From NCBI GenBank assembly GCA_039621445.1, contig CP154954.1, positions 7,203,425-7,267,424 of the forward strand: a DNA stretch of 64,000 bases, in the 5' to 3' direction. The translations under genes and the position numbers were made by a program. Origin of the DNA: Euglena gracilis. Taxonomy: Eukaryota. Shown here piece by piece: positions 1-11,759 of the stretch. Positions within the stretch are counted from its first letter, which is position 1, and the number at the start of each line of letters is the position of its first letter. Below the pieces are notes generated by a model. The model did no database searches, had not been told where the DNA came from, and saw only the letters and a list, made by a program, of their open reading frames with translations.

Positions 1-299
1 TCTCCGGGGAGTAGCCCCTTCTCCATGCCGCCCAGTTGCGACTTTTTTTTTTCATTTTTACACGTGCGGCAGTTGGGTGGGAGGTATTTCAAGAGTCCCT
101 TTTTTAAGTTTCTTTTTTCTTTTTTTCTTTTGAACACACCGCAGGGAATCAGTCTGGTCTGATACGTTCTATTTGTTTTCAGTTTGGTATGAACGTTCTC
201 AGATACTGAAAGCCTTCAAATGCAATTCCAGTGCCATCTTGCACTAAACTCATTTGGCTGTCGTGTCGGCGAGAAGAAAGTTCACAAACATCTTCTGTG

Positions 300-432
300 G
301 GGGGGTGACAAATTGGGCAGCACGGAGGGGGGTGACAATTTCCCGGGGTGACAAATTGGCCGGCACAGCTAGGGGTGGCAATTGCCCGGGGGCGTCAATT
401 GCCCGGGGGCGTCAATTGCCCGGGGGGGGGGG
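300..432. repeat. Short degenerate tandem repeat (~19 bp, ggggYGWCAATTKCCC)
   Basis: Recurring gggggtgacaatttccc / gggggcgtcaattgccc units. Confidence 0.7.
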
Positions 433-1680
433 TACTGAATGTTCTCAGATATTGAAAGCCTCCCCAGGATCCCCCTGGGTTGATAGATTGAGTGCTTAGA
501 CCGCCTCCTCCCAGGGTTGGACTCAAAAATTCTTGGTACGGCCCGCCACACAAGTGATCAGGCTGACCGTTGGCAGTCTATTTGTGTTTGCGGTGAAGAT
601 GGTTCGTCTCTGTTTTCGCCTCTACGCTTGCGTCTGGGTCCTGCGATGCGATCTGAAACGCAGCCGGCCCATACAGCGTTAAAATCAACTGATTGGGATT
701 CCTTGCTGGCCAGACCGGTCAATCTGGAAGGCAGGTCCTGATTTGAGGAGAACCCCCAGGGGAGGGTTTCGTTCAAGTCAAGGTGTCCATGGTTTGGGGT
801 CACGGTGTGTCCCTCTTTTGCTTGATCAGAGAGAGAGTCAGGACTCCCCCATCCGTAGGGGTTCCGGACCAGGGGGGTCCCTTCTTTCTCCCCCCCCTTT
901 TTTTTTGACAACCGCCCCTTGAACGCCGCCCTAAGCAGCCAACAGCGGTCCAGGGGTTGAACTCGAAAGACAAGATGTCGAAAAATATATCTTTTGACGT
1001 CTGGGTGGATGGGCGATGGTCCAAGGATGCCAGATGTGACTTCTTCCCCGAAGTTGACCCATTTTTGTTGAAATTTATATGACCCTTTTTTCGGTGAACT
1101 TTCCCTTGAATGTGCTCAGAGTTGTTTTTTTTTTATACTCCCTGGGGTTGGGTGTGGCATGTGTCAGTCCAGCTCGGCTGAAGGCCTTTGGTATGATTCT
1201 GGGTGGTTTTGGGTGGGTGGGTGGGTGGGTGGGTGGGGGTAGACCCCCCAGAGGGTTTTGGGTGGGTGGGTTTTTGAAGAAAAAAAGTTGGGTGGTGGGT
1301 TTTTGTGGCCCAGGAAAAGGGCCAAAAACCCTTTTTGGCCCGAGGTCATTAAATGAATCTCTCATCTTAACCTCAAAATACTCCTACTGCGGTCCGTAAT
1401 GGATGGGGTTAGGGTTATTGCCACAATTACAGTCTTTATTTATTGTGACAGAACTGCAAATTTTGAGGAAACACGTTGTTTTATATCAATTTTGCAGATT
1501 TTCAAATTTGTGTGTTTCTTATGCCTTCATTTTGAAATCTAAAAATGTCTTTTCCCCCATATAACATTTTCTGAATGAACAGTGAGTTGAAGTGTAACAA
1601 AATAGCAGGATCAAAGTTTCATTTTAACGGTCGGAGTGATTCATTTTTCGCCATGCACGAACAAACACAGCTTCCATAAT

Positions 1681-1698
1681 TTGTCTCCTTTCTCCCAG
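1681..1698 (+). promoter_or_regulatory. Polypyrimidine tract plus AG; putative spliced-leader trans-splice (or cis-splice) acceptor of the MAPEG gene
   Basis: ttgtctcctttctcccAG ends 17 nt upstream of the ATG at 1716. Euglenozoan mRNAs are SL trans-spliced at such sites. Confidence 0.6.
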
Positions 1699-1715
1699 GA
1701 TCCGTATCCCCCTCA

Positions 1716-1780
1716 ATGTCCGTCTCCATCCCAAAAGATTTCGGCTATGTGTTGCTGGTGATCGGATTGTCATGGTTCCT
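1716..1780 (+). CDS. MGST3: MAPEG-family microsomal glutathione S-transferase (MGST3-like), exon 1
   Basis: Manual translation MSVSIPKDFGYVLLVIGLSWFL matches the MGST3-type N-terminus (P..[FY]GYV plus a hydrophobic helix). It is absent from the ORF track. The 3' boundary is ambiguous within a repeated TCCTG. Confidence 0.8.
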
Positions 1781-2465
1781 GGGGATGCCACTGCTTGAGT
1801 CTGTTTAGAAAAAACCCTCCTAGCCCTTCTTTTTGTGCAAACAAGAAAAGGTTCGATATAAAGATGTCCATCCTTGACCAAGGTGTCCAGACCACCCCCA
1901 CTCGCCTGTCACTGTCTTGTCAGGGTTTCTTTTTTTTTTAACTCAGAAGACCCCCCCACCCAGCGGGGGTAGGTGGGTCCAGAACCGGACCCCATAGAGG
2001 GGGGGTGCTCGCATTCGCAACTGTCCAAAGATGGGCCATGCGACTATTTAGGTGGGGGGCGTCTCCATATCCCCCTATTCCTTGATCCCAAAGGGTCCGG
2101 AATTTTCTCTACCTGCCATGTTCTGCGCTGCTGGCTTTGTATCGAAAACATTTTGATCGTCTAAGAAACAGATGTCCCCTGGACTAACAAATGTTCATGC
2201 ATGCACTCACATGAACACACACACATGCGTGCATCCTGTGTCGACGGCTCATTTGTAAACAAGTTTGTTCATTTTTAGGAGTCTGCAAAAAACATTGAAG
2301 CCTTTTTGCCCCTGCTTTTTATTTTGATACTGAACATATTTGGGGCATTTTGTTTCAAAAGTGCCAGCATGGATGAATATTTGCAAACATTTGGGTCTAA
2401 ATTAAGTATGCACTGAAGTGTGAGCGCCCCCCTCCCTCGTGTGGGAAGAAGTTGCATCATATCCT

Positions 2466-2538
2466 GAATATCTACCTTATGGCCCTTGTGGTCAGAGCAC
2501 GCAAGCAGTACAAGGTGCCGTACCCAACGCTTTACGCT
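2466..2538 (+). CDS. MGST3: MAPEG/MGST3-like, exon 2
   Basis: NIYLMALVVRARKQYKVPYPTLYA is the MAPEG V.xARK.Y.V.YP.LYA motif. It lies at the start of ORF 2452..3303 and is in frame with exon 1. Confidence 0.85.
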
Positions 2539-2628
2539 GCCCACGAACGAGCATCAGCGATGTTGGAAAACGTTTCATGTTCTGCCACTCCCCACCCACA
2601 TGTTATCATGACAGCGCATCAACGCTCT

Positions 2629-3260
<632 letters not shown>

Positions 3261-3573
3261 TCCCCCATTTAGAGTTTTGGAGATTCCTCAAAAGGTTTTG
3301 TAAAAAGAAGGACAAAAATAAATTGATAAATCTGTCCAAGTGGCGGAGATATTTCACCCAGCAGCTACCATAGTCTGCAAACCAAAATGCAAGCATGGGA
3401 TAGGCCTGAAACTGCACTATTATTGAGGTTTCTGTTTTTAGTTAGGAAAGAGAGGGGTGAAACACAGATGCTAGTGGAACGTTTGAGCAGTCATCAGAGG
3501 TCAAAGAACAGAAATTTCTCCCAATAAAGCATCTCTGAAGGTGATTTGATGGGTTGTGCGAACTCGTGCCGGT

Positions 3574-3630
3574 GACAAGGACCACAAGGACCATGACAAG
3601 TTCAATTCCGTGCAGCGGGCACATCAAAAT
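3574..3630 (+). CDS. MGST3: MAPEG/MGST3-like, exon 3
   Basis: DKDHKDHDKFNSVQRAHQ(N) contains the MAPEG FNxxQRAHQN signature and joins exon 2 in frame. The 3' end is probably 3627, with CAG at intron +4..+6. Confidence 0.85.
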
Positions 3631-5449
3631 CAGGGCAAACTCGAAGTTCCAGGTCGATTTTTTTCTTGTGTATTGGTCATCAGCTCGCCTTTTGATTTCT
3701 CGTTCAGTGATCAGCACAGCATGAGAGGTTGAGTGTCAAGAATTGAAATTGAGTTGAAATTGAGTCAGTTTGATGGTTAGGGAGAGGGTTTATTCCTGCT
3801 CATATTTCAAAGAGCCATATTAAAGTCACGTGATAACGCCAGGTGAAAGTGTCTGAAGAAGAAAACATGCCCACAAAGAAAATAATAATTAAATGTGTTG
3901 AGACATTGAAGACAACTCTTGTTACTGAACCAATCAGTTGGGACAGGTGTCAGCATTTAGTCCTTTTTTTTTGGCATTTTTTTTGGTGGGTTTTGTTCTA
4001 CAGGAGGGACGGAGATAGGTCGGCTTGTGATTTGTGGCCTCACTCCCCAAGGAGGGAAAGGGGGGTCCGACCCCCCCCCCCTGGACGGGACAGAGTCCGT
4101 AGCACACGCTCCTTGCCTGGCGGGTGGGATCTGGGGCATACCATTGCTGAAGGTGTGTCCGACCCCCCCCCCCGGGGTGACTGGAGTGACTGACTGGTTT
4201 TTGGCTCCAGACCTCCCCAGGGTTAGGGTCGGCCAGGAATGGCAGGAAGGGCAGGAAAGGCAAAGTTGGCTTGGCCTTCGGCGCAGGCAACCCGGCACCG
4301 AAGGCCACTTTGTTTTGTATCTTTGGCCAAAATCCATTGAGTTTAGGCCATTTGGCCCGAGTGGCCAAAGTGACCGACCTCCCAGGTTTTTTTTTGAATA
4401 GTGAATGACTGGTTTTTTTGAAATTGGAAAATGACCCCGGTCGGTAAGCAATGGTGTGGGGAAAGTCTTGATTCTGGAAACTCCTCCCCTGAATTGGTCC
4501 TGGAAACTCCACCCCTGGGAAATCTTTCCCTGGCGCTTTGTGCTGCGCCTTCATATCTGCATTTTCACATGTTTTTGTCATTTTGTCATCACTCACCTGA
4601 AAACACAATTCAAGGAAATGAAAACTTACATACAGCTGTTTATTTTCCTGTTGAAGATTTTCTTATCCGTTGAAAAATACTGATTTTAATCAAATTTGAT
4701 AAAGATGAAGCCGAACCCAAATACTTTTGGGGGTTTGTTTTGGGTCCGTTGCGTGAAACTTTCGGTGTGATTGTCTCATTTTTTTGTGTCGCTAAGCCTG
4801 AAATTCCATCATTTTTTGGGTTAACCGTTTTTTTTTTTCATGCTTCGTGTCATGTTAAGATGAAGATTTGATTTCTTTTGGGAAGTCATCTCGGTCATCT
4901 CGGTCGCGAAAATTCGCGAATTCAAGAATTTGCGTTGTTTTTCAGCACGCTATTGGGATATTGCGTGGTTTCATGGGAGAAGTTTTTCACCATTCAGATT
5001 TTTTGCATCTCGTGCGCAGATAATCCCCTTTGATTGTTGATGTTTTTTTTGTGTGTTGGACGTTGGACGATGTTTGACGGCGGTGCAATTTGTGAGGAAA
5101 TTCACAAGTGTACCCCCAGATGTGTTTTTATATTTCCCTCCACTGCCAAGAGGTTAGGGTTTTTTGTCCAAACCCTCACCTCAATATTTTCTCTTGAGGG
5201 GGGGTCCAGGAGCTGGGGTCCAGGAGCTGACTGCCGGCCTGACGAAGGATTTTGGAGTCTGAACCCCCTCCATGCCTATGACCAGTTATTTTGGTGCGCT
5301 TCAGATGGTTGCACATCATTCATCTGGAAACAATGTGCAATGTGTTTCTTCATTTCGGGGTTTAGTGTCTGGGAGGAAAAAGAGAGCCATGCGAGTTCAT
5401 ACATAGCACAAGGGTTGAAAAGGGAGGGAAGGAGGGCAGTGTGGTCTCC

Positions 5450-5562
5450 GGCCAAAGCTGCCGCAGCGTTCGGCCTCGTCTGGGTGCTGTCGCGCTTTCT
5501 CTATGGCTTTGGCTACTCCCGCAGCGGACCAAAGGGCCGCATGGTAGGGGTGCTCCTCTCGC
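5450..5562 (+). CDS. MGST3: MAPEG/MGST3-like, downstream exon (copy 1)
   Basis: (P)AKAAAAFGLVWVLSRFLYGFGYSRSGPKGRMVGVLLS fits the MAPEG G..W..xR..Y..GY....P..R motif. I could not locate with confidence the intervening exon (NTLE...YP) or the last exon. The 5' boundary is approximate. Confidence 0.75.
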
Positions 5563-6880
5563 ACTCAGGCTGTGTACCCGCACTCCCCTCTGCGACGGTT
5601 CTCTTTTTGTTTAAGGGTTCGCATTATTTCCCCTCCCCCCAGGTCGACTCGACTGCACAGTGTCTAATTTTTGCAAGTGGAAATCCCAGTGGACCTCAGA
5701 TGGGGGTCTAGTGGAAGGTTAACCCACCCCCAAAATTGAGCAACCCGTTGATTAAATTTGGGTTTCATTGTGTTGGCCGAAGGGTTACATAAATTAGGAC
5801 GACTTGGTCAACAACACAATCTCTTTTTTCAATACAGGACACATTTTTTGAGGAAAAGGTTTTGTTTTCAAACCCTCCCAAAAATGTGCAAATTTGCTAA
5901 TTTGGATGTTTGTGTTCTTGATGGTTGGTTGGTTGGATGGTTGAAAGATATTTTGTCGATGCCATATACCAGAATGATTTATTTCCTGGTTGCATGTCTT
6001 TCATGGTATGAAAGTGGATGCAGCTTGTGAGGACAGTTCCCGATGGATTTTTCTGTCTGGTCAATGCAAAAAATCTTCCTTTGATTTTACTGCATTTTCA
6101 GGGGTTGCATAAATTTGGATTTTGCGCTGAAGTTTGGTGGTTGCTTAAATTTGGCGGTTGCTTAAATTTGGGTATCGGTCGGTTCGACCTCAAGGGTTGC
6201 TTAAATTTGGGGTTGCTTAATTTTGGAGGTGTTGTTTAAATTTCGGGGGCAGGTTTTATTTGCAACCTTGTAGAACAGTTTTCTTTAGCATAATTCTCAA
6301 CCATTCTTTTTAACAGCTCAAGCTTTTCAAACCCACTGCCTGCCCGCATCTGGGCACTCTGCCCCTGATGTTCCTTTCCCTGTATGCAGGGGCTGTTATG
6401 GCAGAACTAGTGTAGACGCCGGTTTGGCGATTCTCCCAGCCCCCAATGCGTTGCTTAAAGTGGTGACCAGGTGGCCAGGATTTGAACAGATATGCCAACT
6501 CCCAAATTTGACCAGATGCTTACTCCATTCCTTCTGTGATCACAATTCCCACATCTTTTTCGGTGGAATTTTGCTGTTGGTCTTTTGAGCAAATGCATCA
6601 CAGAAATTGTCCACAGTTTTGCACATCATCGAATATTGAATGTTATATTATTGAAACTACAAATGTGATTTGGAATCTCAATTTGCATCGTTTGAAAATT
6701 CGCAGCCAAAGGTCTGTCCCCATTTTGATTGATCAAGCGAAAGTTGGCAACGTTGGTTATGTGCCGAAGCTTGTTTCGTGATATGGGTTAGCATTGTATT
6801 TTTTCTGAAATAGGGTAAGTGGTTGTTGGTCAGGATATAGGGTTTGGTTAGTCAGTGGTCTGTTAGGGTCCATTAGTGTA

Positions 6881-6962
6881 CATATATGGCACGAAGTGGG
6901 GAATGGGTAGGGGGGGGTTAGGGGGGGGGTTAGGGGGGGGGGTTAGGGGGTAGGGGGGGGGG

Positions 6963-7008
<46 letters not shown>

Positions 7009-7208
7009 GGGGGGGGGGGGTTAGGGGGTAGGGGGGGGGTTAGGGGGGGGGTTAGGGGGGGGTTAGGGGGGTAGGGGGGGGGTTAGGGGGTAGGGGGGTA
7101 GGGGGGGGTTAGGGGGGGGTTAGGGGGTAGGGGGGGTTAGGGGGGGGGCTAGGGGGGGGGGTAGGGGGTAGGGGGGGGGTTAGGGGTCCCGGCTTCGTGC
7201 CATAACTC
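6881..7208. mobile_element. 328-bp non-autonomous TIR element (MITE-like) with an 8-bp TSD and a G-rich, telomere-like interior
   Basis: TSD TTAGTGTA at 6873-6880 and 7209-7216. Subterminal inverted repeat TATGGCACGAAG (6885-6896) / CTTCGTGCCATA (7193-7204). An empty site with a single TTAGTGTA is present in the paralogous copy at ~12937. Confidence 0.88.
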
Positions 7209-7890
7209 TTAGTGTAATGGTTAATGATGCAATGGGGTTGGGTTGGTTTTCTTCAGGCCGAAATTAGGCCAATTTTTACCCGAAACGCGACTTGAAATGT
7301 GGCAAATATTTTAGTCCAACATCAGTTTCGGGGCCAATGAACCAAAGCTGGAAGAATTGAAACAGTTACCGGACTAATTAGCCCCACACGAGTGGACAAC
7401 CTCTGGGGGTCCGTTTATCGGGTAGCTGTAAATTCATTTTCATGGCTCACTAACCCTAAGAATTTTCCACAGAAACTGTTTTTTTTTTGGAGATTATGAA
7501 AATTATCCCTCCTCCCTCCCCTGTATTTTCGGATGAATTGAATCATGAGTTACTCTTTTCCGAAATCATGAACACCTGTGTTAAAAGCAGTTTATAAATG
7601 CCGAATATTGCAGTTTTTCAGGATGTCAAAATTGTTCTGAAAATGAAGTTCTGATGATTCACCGAAAGATATTTTTGTCGATGCCATATACCAGAATGAT
7701 TTTTTCCTGGTGCATGTCTTTCACCTTGTATGAAAGTGGCTGCAGCTTGCAGACAGTCCCGATTGATCTGTCTGTCAATCGCAAAAATTCCTGTCCTTCG
7801 TTTTTTTTTTGCTTCTGGCATTAGATACTTTCTTCAACGTGACATCCCCAAGGCAAGACATCCCCATCAGTGCATGCTGGTGCTGGAACC

Positions 7891-8760
7891 ATCATTTCCT
7901 GCCGACCCAGGGCAGAGAGAGGCCAAAAGCGTTTTTTGTGGGTTTTTTACGTTTTTGATTTGGGCAAACTTTCCGCACTTCCGTCTTTAGGGGTTGTTTT
8001 CACAAATGGCATAAAGTGGAGCGTCTGCGGGTATGTGTGGGTGGACGTGGGGGACGTTTGGGGTGGATGTTTTTTGGTGCAAAGTTCGGCTCAAAAACAG
8101 CTTTTTCCGGATCCGGGAGGCCAAAAAACATCGTTTCGGACAGAATTTGTTTTCGATTTTTTCAACGCCTTTGACCTTTTCAACGCCGTGCTCGCCGGCG
8201 GTGTGTTGTGGACACCCCGGGCTCCGCACTTTGCCATTGTGAGGCCATGCCTTGCTCGCCGGCAAAAAGGCGAGCAAGGCATGTCCTCAGGCCTCACAAC
8301 GTCTTTGTGCTTCGCCGTCGGTGTCCCGCTCTCCCTTTTCGGGTTGCCTCGCGGGAGTACGAATTGCTTTGGCGCGCCGGGGTGGGGGTCATGCACTCCG
8401 GGGACTTTTGGGGCACCAGGAAATGACCAGGAGGGCGAGGCACAAGGGCAGGGTGACATCCTGCTTGTTTGTGCCGGCGGTTTGTTCATGGTGTGTTTTT
8501 TGCTGGGGTGCTTCTTAAAGCTCGTTTGTCCTGTTTCCGGAGGTTCGTACTCCCCGAGGAAAAACGACAAGGGAGGAAGGGACACCGACGGCGAAGCACA
8601 AAGAACTTGTGAGCCAGACCCCCACCCGCAAAAGAAAATTTGTGCTCAAAAGCCCTCGGTCGGAGAGTGGGGGCCTGGGGGAGGAGTGGGGGGGGACACC
8701 GGCGAGCACGGCATGGCCTCACATGGGCAAAGTGCGGAGCCCGAGGTGTCGGCTTTGCTC
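7891..8760. repeat. Copy-specific ~870-bp insertion containing a long imperfect inverted repeat (foldback)
   Basis: Absent from the paralogue at ~13618. 8215-8330 (gggctccgcactttgcc...tttgtgcttcgccgtcggtgtccc) is inverted relative to 8578-8750. Confidence 0.75.
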
Positions 8761-9787
8761 CAGTTTCAGGATCCCGTTCTTTGCTCAACATTCAGGGCAG
8801 AAATTTGGAGTGGGGGGTGGGAGACCCCAAAAATTTCCCTGTACCGACCAAAAAGGCAGATGGGCAGGGTAAGAAAGGTTGATCAAGTCCTACTTGCAAC
8901 TGTTCACCGGCCCAGAGGTCCTTGCCCACAGCTCCCCTACTCCTAGTCCGATTCAGCACTTTGGCTGTTTATCGATTTCTTGTGTGAGTCAATAGCGCGC
9001 AATGCGGGGACTGATTTGCGGTCGTCCTCCAACGAGATCTCGGAGTACTCATCCCCCTCCCTGCCCGACACCTCGGGCTCCGCACTTTGACATTGTGAGG
9101 CCATGTCTTGATGGCCGCCGGTTTGTTGTGATTGTTCTGGTGCGCTGGGTTAGGAGTCCCTGTTGAGTGCCGTTTTTCGCCGGAGTTGGCTGATTCCTAA
9201 CTTGCCCTTCGACACCCAGAACAAAGAAAATTTTCACGAGTCCATGAACGAAGAAGTTCCGAGAAAAGAAGTCAATATCAACTCAATATACAGAAGAACA
9301 CGAACCAGACGAATAGCAATTGAGAACAATGCAGTGGAGAAGAAATTGTAATTTTTTGGACGCGGACCCTGGAGCAGTGGCCCCAGCAGCTGGAGACCTT
9401 GGAGATGCGGTCAACCCGCGGCAAACCGTGGCCTTTCTTCCCCCCCAGACCCCCAACCCAGAAATTTCCCAGCCCAACACCCCCCAGTGACGGCCACGGT
9501 CCTTGGACCACTGTGGCCAGAAGGCCCAGAATACAGAAGTCAGCCCCAACCCTTGGTGGGCAAAGGAGGGGCCACGGGGGCCCACAATACTTCAGATTTG
9601 GACAACCAAAGCCCACACATCAGGGCATCTCCCCCAAAGGTGCCCAGTCGCCTGTGCACAAATTGGCCAAAAGATGGGGAAATGGAATCATTTCGGGGTT
9701 TAGTGTCTGGGAGGAGAAAGAGAGCCATGCGAGTTCATACATAGCACAAGGGTTGAAAAGGGAGGGAAGGAGGGCAGTGTGGTCTCC

Positions 9788-9900
9788 GGCCAAAGCTGCC
9801 GCAGCGTTCGGCCTCGTCTGGGTGCTGTCGCGCTTTCTCTATGGCTTTGGCTACTCCCGCAGCGGACCAAAGGGCCGCATGGTAGGGGTGCTCCTCTCGC
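9788..9900 (+). pseudogene. Duplicate copy of the MAPEG downstream exon (copy 2)
   Basis: Same translation as 5450-5562, inside a near-identical 240-bp duplication (5351-5591 vs 9689-9929). Which copy is used is unknown. Confidence 0.6.
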
Positions 9901-9939
9901 ACTCAGGCTGTGTACCCGCACTCCCCTCTTTTCCCTGTT

Positions 9940-10261
9940 GTAGGGGGTGTGGGCCTCACCACTCCCACAACCCCCTGGCGGCTGGCCCCTGGCGCCTGCA
10001 GGCCCTGCCACTGGTTGGGATCCATCAATTCACCCAGGGGGCCTGGCACCTTGGCACTCTTCATGGCACTTTTGGCACTTTTCATGGTAATCCCTCTTCC
10101 CAATTCCCAGCGCTGGCACAAATCAAGATACTTTCCAGAACTGAACCATCAAAGTCAAACTTAACATGCTACTTGCCACTGACAACACAAACACAGACAG
10201 AATTTTGCGTAATTCCTAATTCCTCTGCTGGAATCTTAATTTCTTTCCCAGCGCCCACACT
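9940..10261 (+). repeat. ~320-bp direct repeat, paralogous to 11446-11759
   Basis: ggcctcaccactcccacaaccccctggcggctg...cccagcgcccacact is shared. ORFs 9910..10164 and 11312..11680 share translation. Confidence 0.9.
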
Positions 10262-11087
10262 CCCCTCCTTAAAAAGCTGCCCAGGGCAGCTAAACCTGCC
10301 TTCGGCAAAAAGGCGCTGGGAGATTCTTTTTTTTTCGTTCACGAACAGAACATTGACTCTTTCTTTCTGTCTGTCGGTTTCTTTTCTTTTTTTTGTCGGG
10401 GGCAGGACGGGGTTCGAACGCCGACACTCAGGGGGTCGGTCTCCTACAGCAACGGGGGGGGGGGGGAGCAGCAGGCACCCGCACCACCTTGGGCCGTTCT
10501 GGCAGGGGTTCCCCCCAGAACAGTCCAAAGAAACCGTTTGGGCCATTATCTCTTGAATTTTTTTCCTCCCGTTTTTTCCCTGTCTCTCGTTTTTTCCCCG
10601 TCCAGAGATGGGGGTCCAGGGGCTGGTGAGGGTCCTGGGAAGTGGGCTCGCAGGTGCAGCGGGAGGGGGTTACCGCGGGGACGGCTTCGGCCACAGGCCT
10701 GGGAGGGGGACCCAGCCCACACCATCCCGGCGGGCTTCGGCCACAGCTAGTGAGGGCTTCGGCCCAGGGCATGCGGCAGGGGGACCCAGTCCGCACCATC
10801 CCAGGCAGGGCTTCAGCCTCAGCCCCTCGGGGCCTCCTTCGCCTTCTGCCTGCGCTCCTTCCTTCTCCTTCCTTTTGACTTCTCCGGCGAGCCTCCTCCC
10901 TCGCCTTGCCACTCTGGGGCACTTGCCGGGGCACCATGCCCCACTTCGTCATTGCGTGGGCTGCAATGCCCAATTCCGTCATTGCATGGTCTGTAATGCC
11001 CAACTCCGTCGTTTCCATGTCTGACATGTCCATCTGGGACATCCTGCATCTTGATTTCTGCATCACCATCTCTGACATCTCCTTCCT

Positions 11088-11190
11088 CGGCATTCACATC
11101 TCTGACATCTCCTTCCTGGGCATTCACACCTCTGACATCTCCTTCCTCGGCATTCACGTCTCTGACATTTCCTTCTTGGGCATTCACCAT
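11088..11190. repeat. 30-bp tandem repeat (~3.4 copies)
   Basis: tctgacatctccttcctcggcattcacatc units. Reads VNAEEGDVRD repeats on the minus strand. Confidence 0.85.
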
Positions 11191-11759
11191 CCTGGCATCA
11201 GAGGCCACCCTGCCATGGGCCCTGAGCCTGCCAGCAGCAGATGCTGCTGCACGACTGGCACACCACGAACAGCCACAATCTGCATCAAAACTTGAATAAT
11301 ACTCCATCAGGTTGATGTTCACTCCTTCAGTCCACGCCTTCTTGATGATCTCCTTCAGGCACATGCCATGCCCGATCCCGGCATGGCGGACATCCGCCAC
11401 GTGGCTGGTAGGCATGTTGTTTGACTGGCAGTGTTCAGTTTGTGTTAGCGGTGTCGGCCTCACCACTCCCACAACCCCCTGGCGGCTGACCCCTGGCGCC
11501 TGCAGGCCCTGCCACTGGCTGGGATCCATCAATTCACCCAGGGGGTCTGGCACCCACCTGGGACTTTCCTTGGCACTTTTCATGGTAATCCCTCTTCCCA
11601 ATTCCCAGGGCTGGCACAAATCAAGATACTTTCCAGAACTGAACCACCAAAGTCAAACTGAACATGCTGCTTGCCACTGACAACACAAACATTGACAGAA
11701 TTTTGCGTAGTTCCTAATTCCGCTGCTGGAAACTTAATTTCCTTCCCAGCGCCCACACT

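Larger units (their letters stand above)
5592..9688 (+). repeat. Segmental duplication, copy 1 (paralogous to 11760-14548), carrying three extra insertions
   Basis: Long collinear matches, e.g. ORFs 6310..6498 vs 12362..12550, 6536..6781 vs 12588..12845, and 8763-9688 vs 13619-14548. Confidence 0.92.

Noticed and set aside
4272..4307. Hairpin tggccttcggcgc...gcaccgaaggcca as a terminator or ncRNA
   Set aside because: Eukaryotic intronic context. It is probably part of a small repeat, with no further support.
3631..5449. Candidate missing MAPEG exon (KCVETL at ~3891, VLETPP at ~4497, HLETM at ~5321)
   Set aside because: None gives both a convincing MAPEG helix and paired intron ends, so it is left unassigned.
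7870..10556. Long ORFs 7870..8946 and 9399..10556 as genes
   Set aside because: They cross duplication and insertion breakpoints and show no recognisable domain apart from the embedded MAPEG exon copy.
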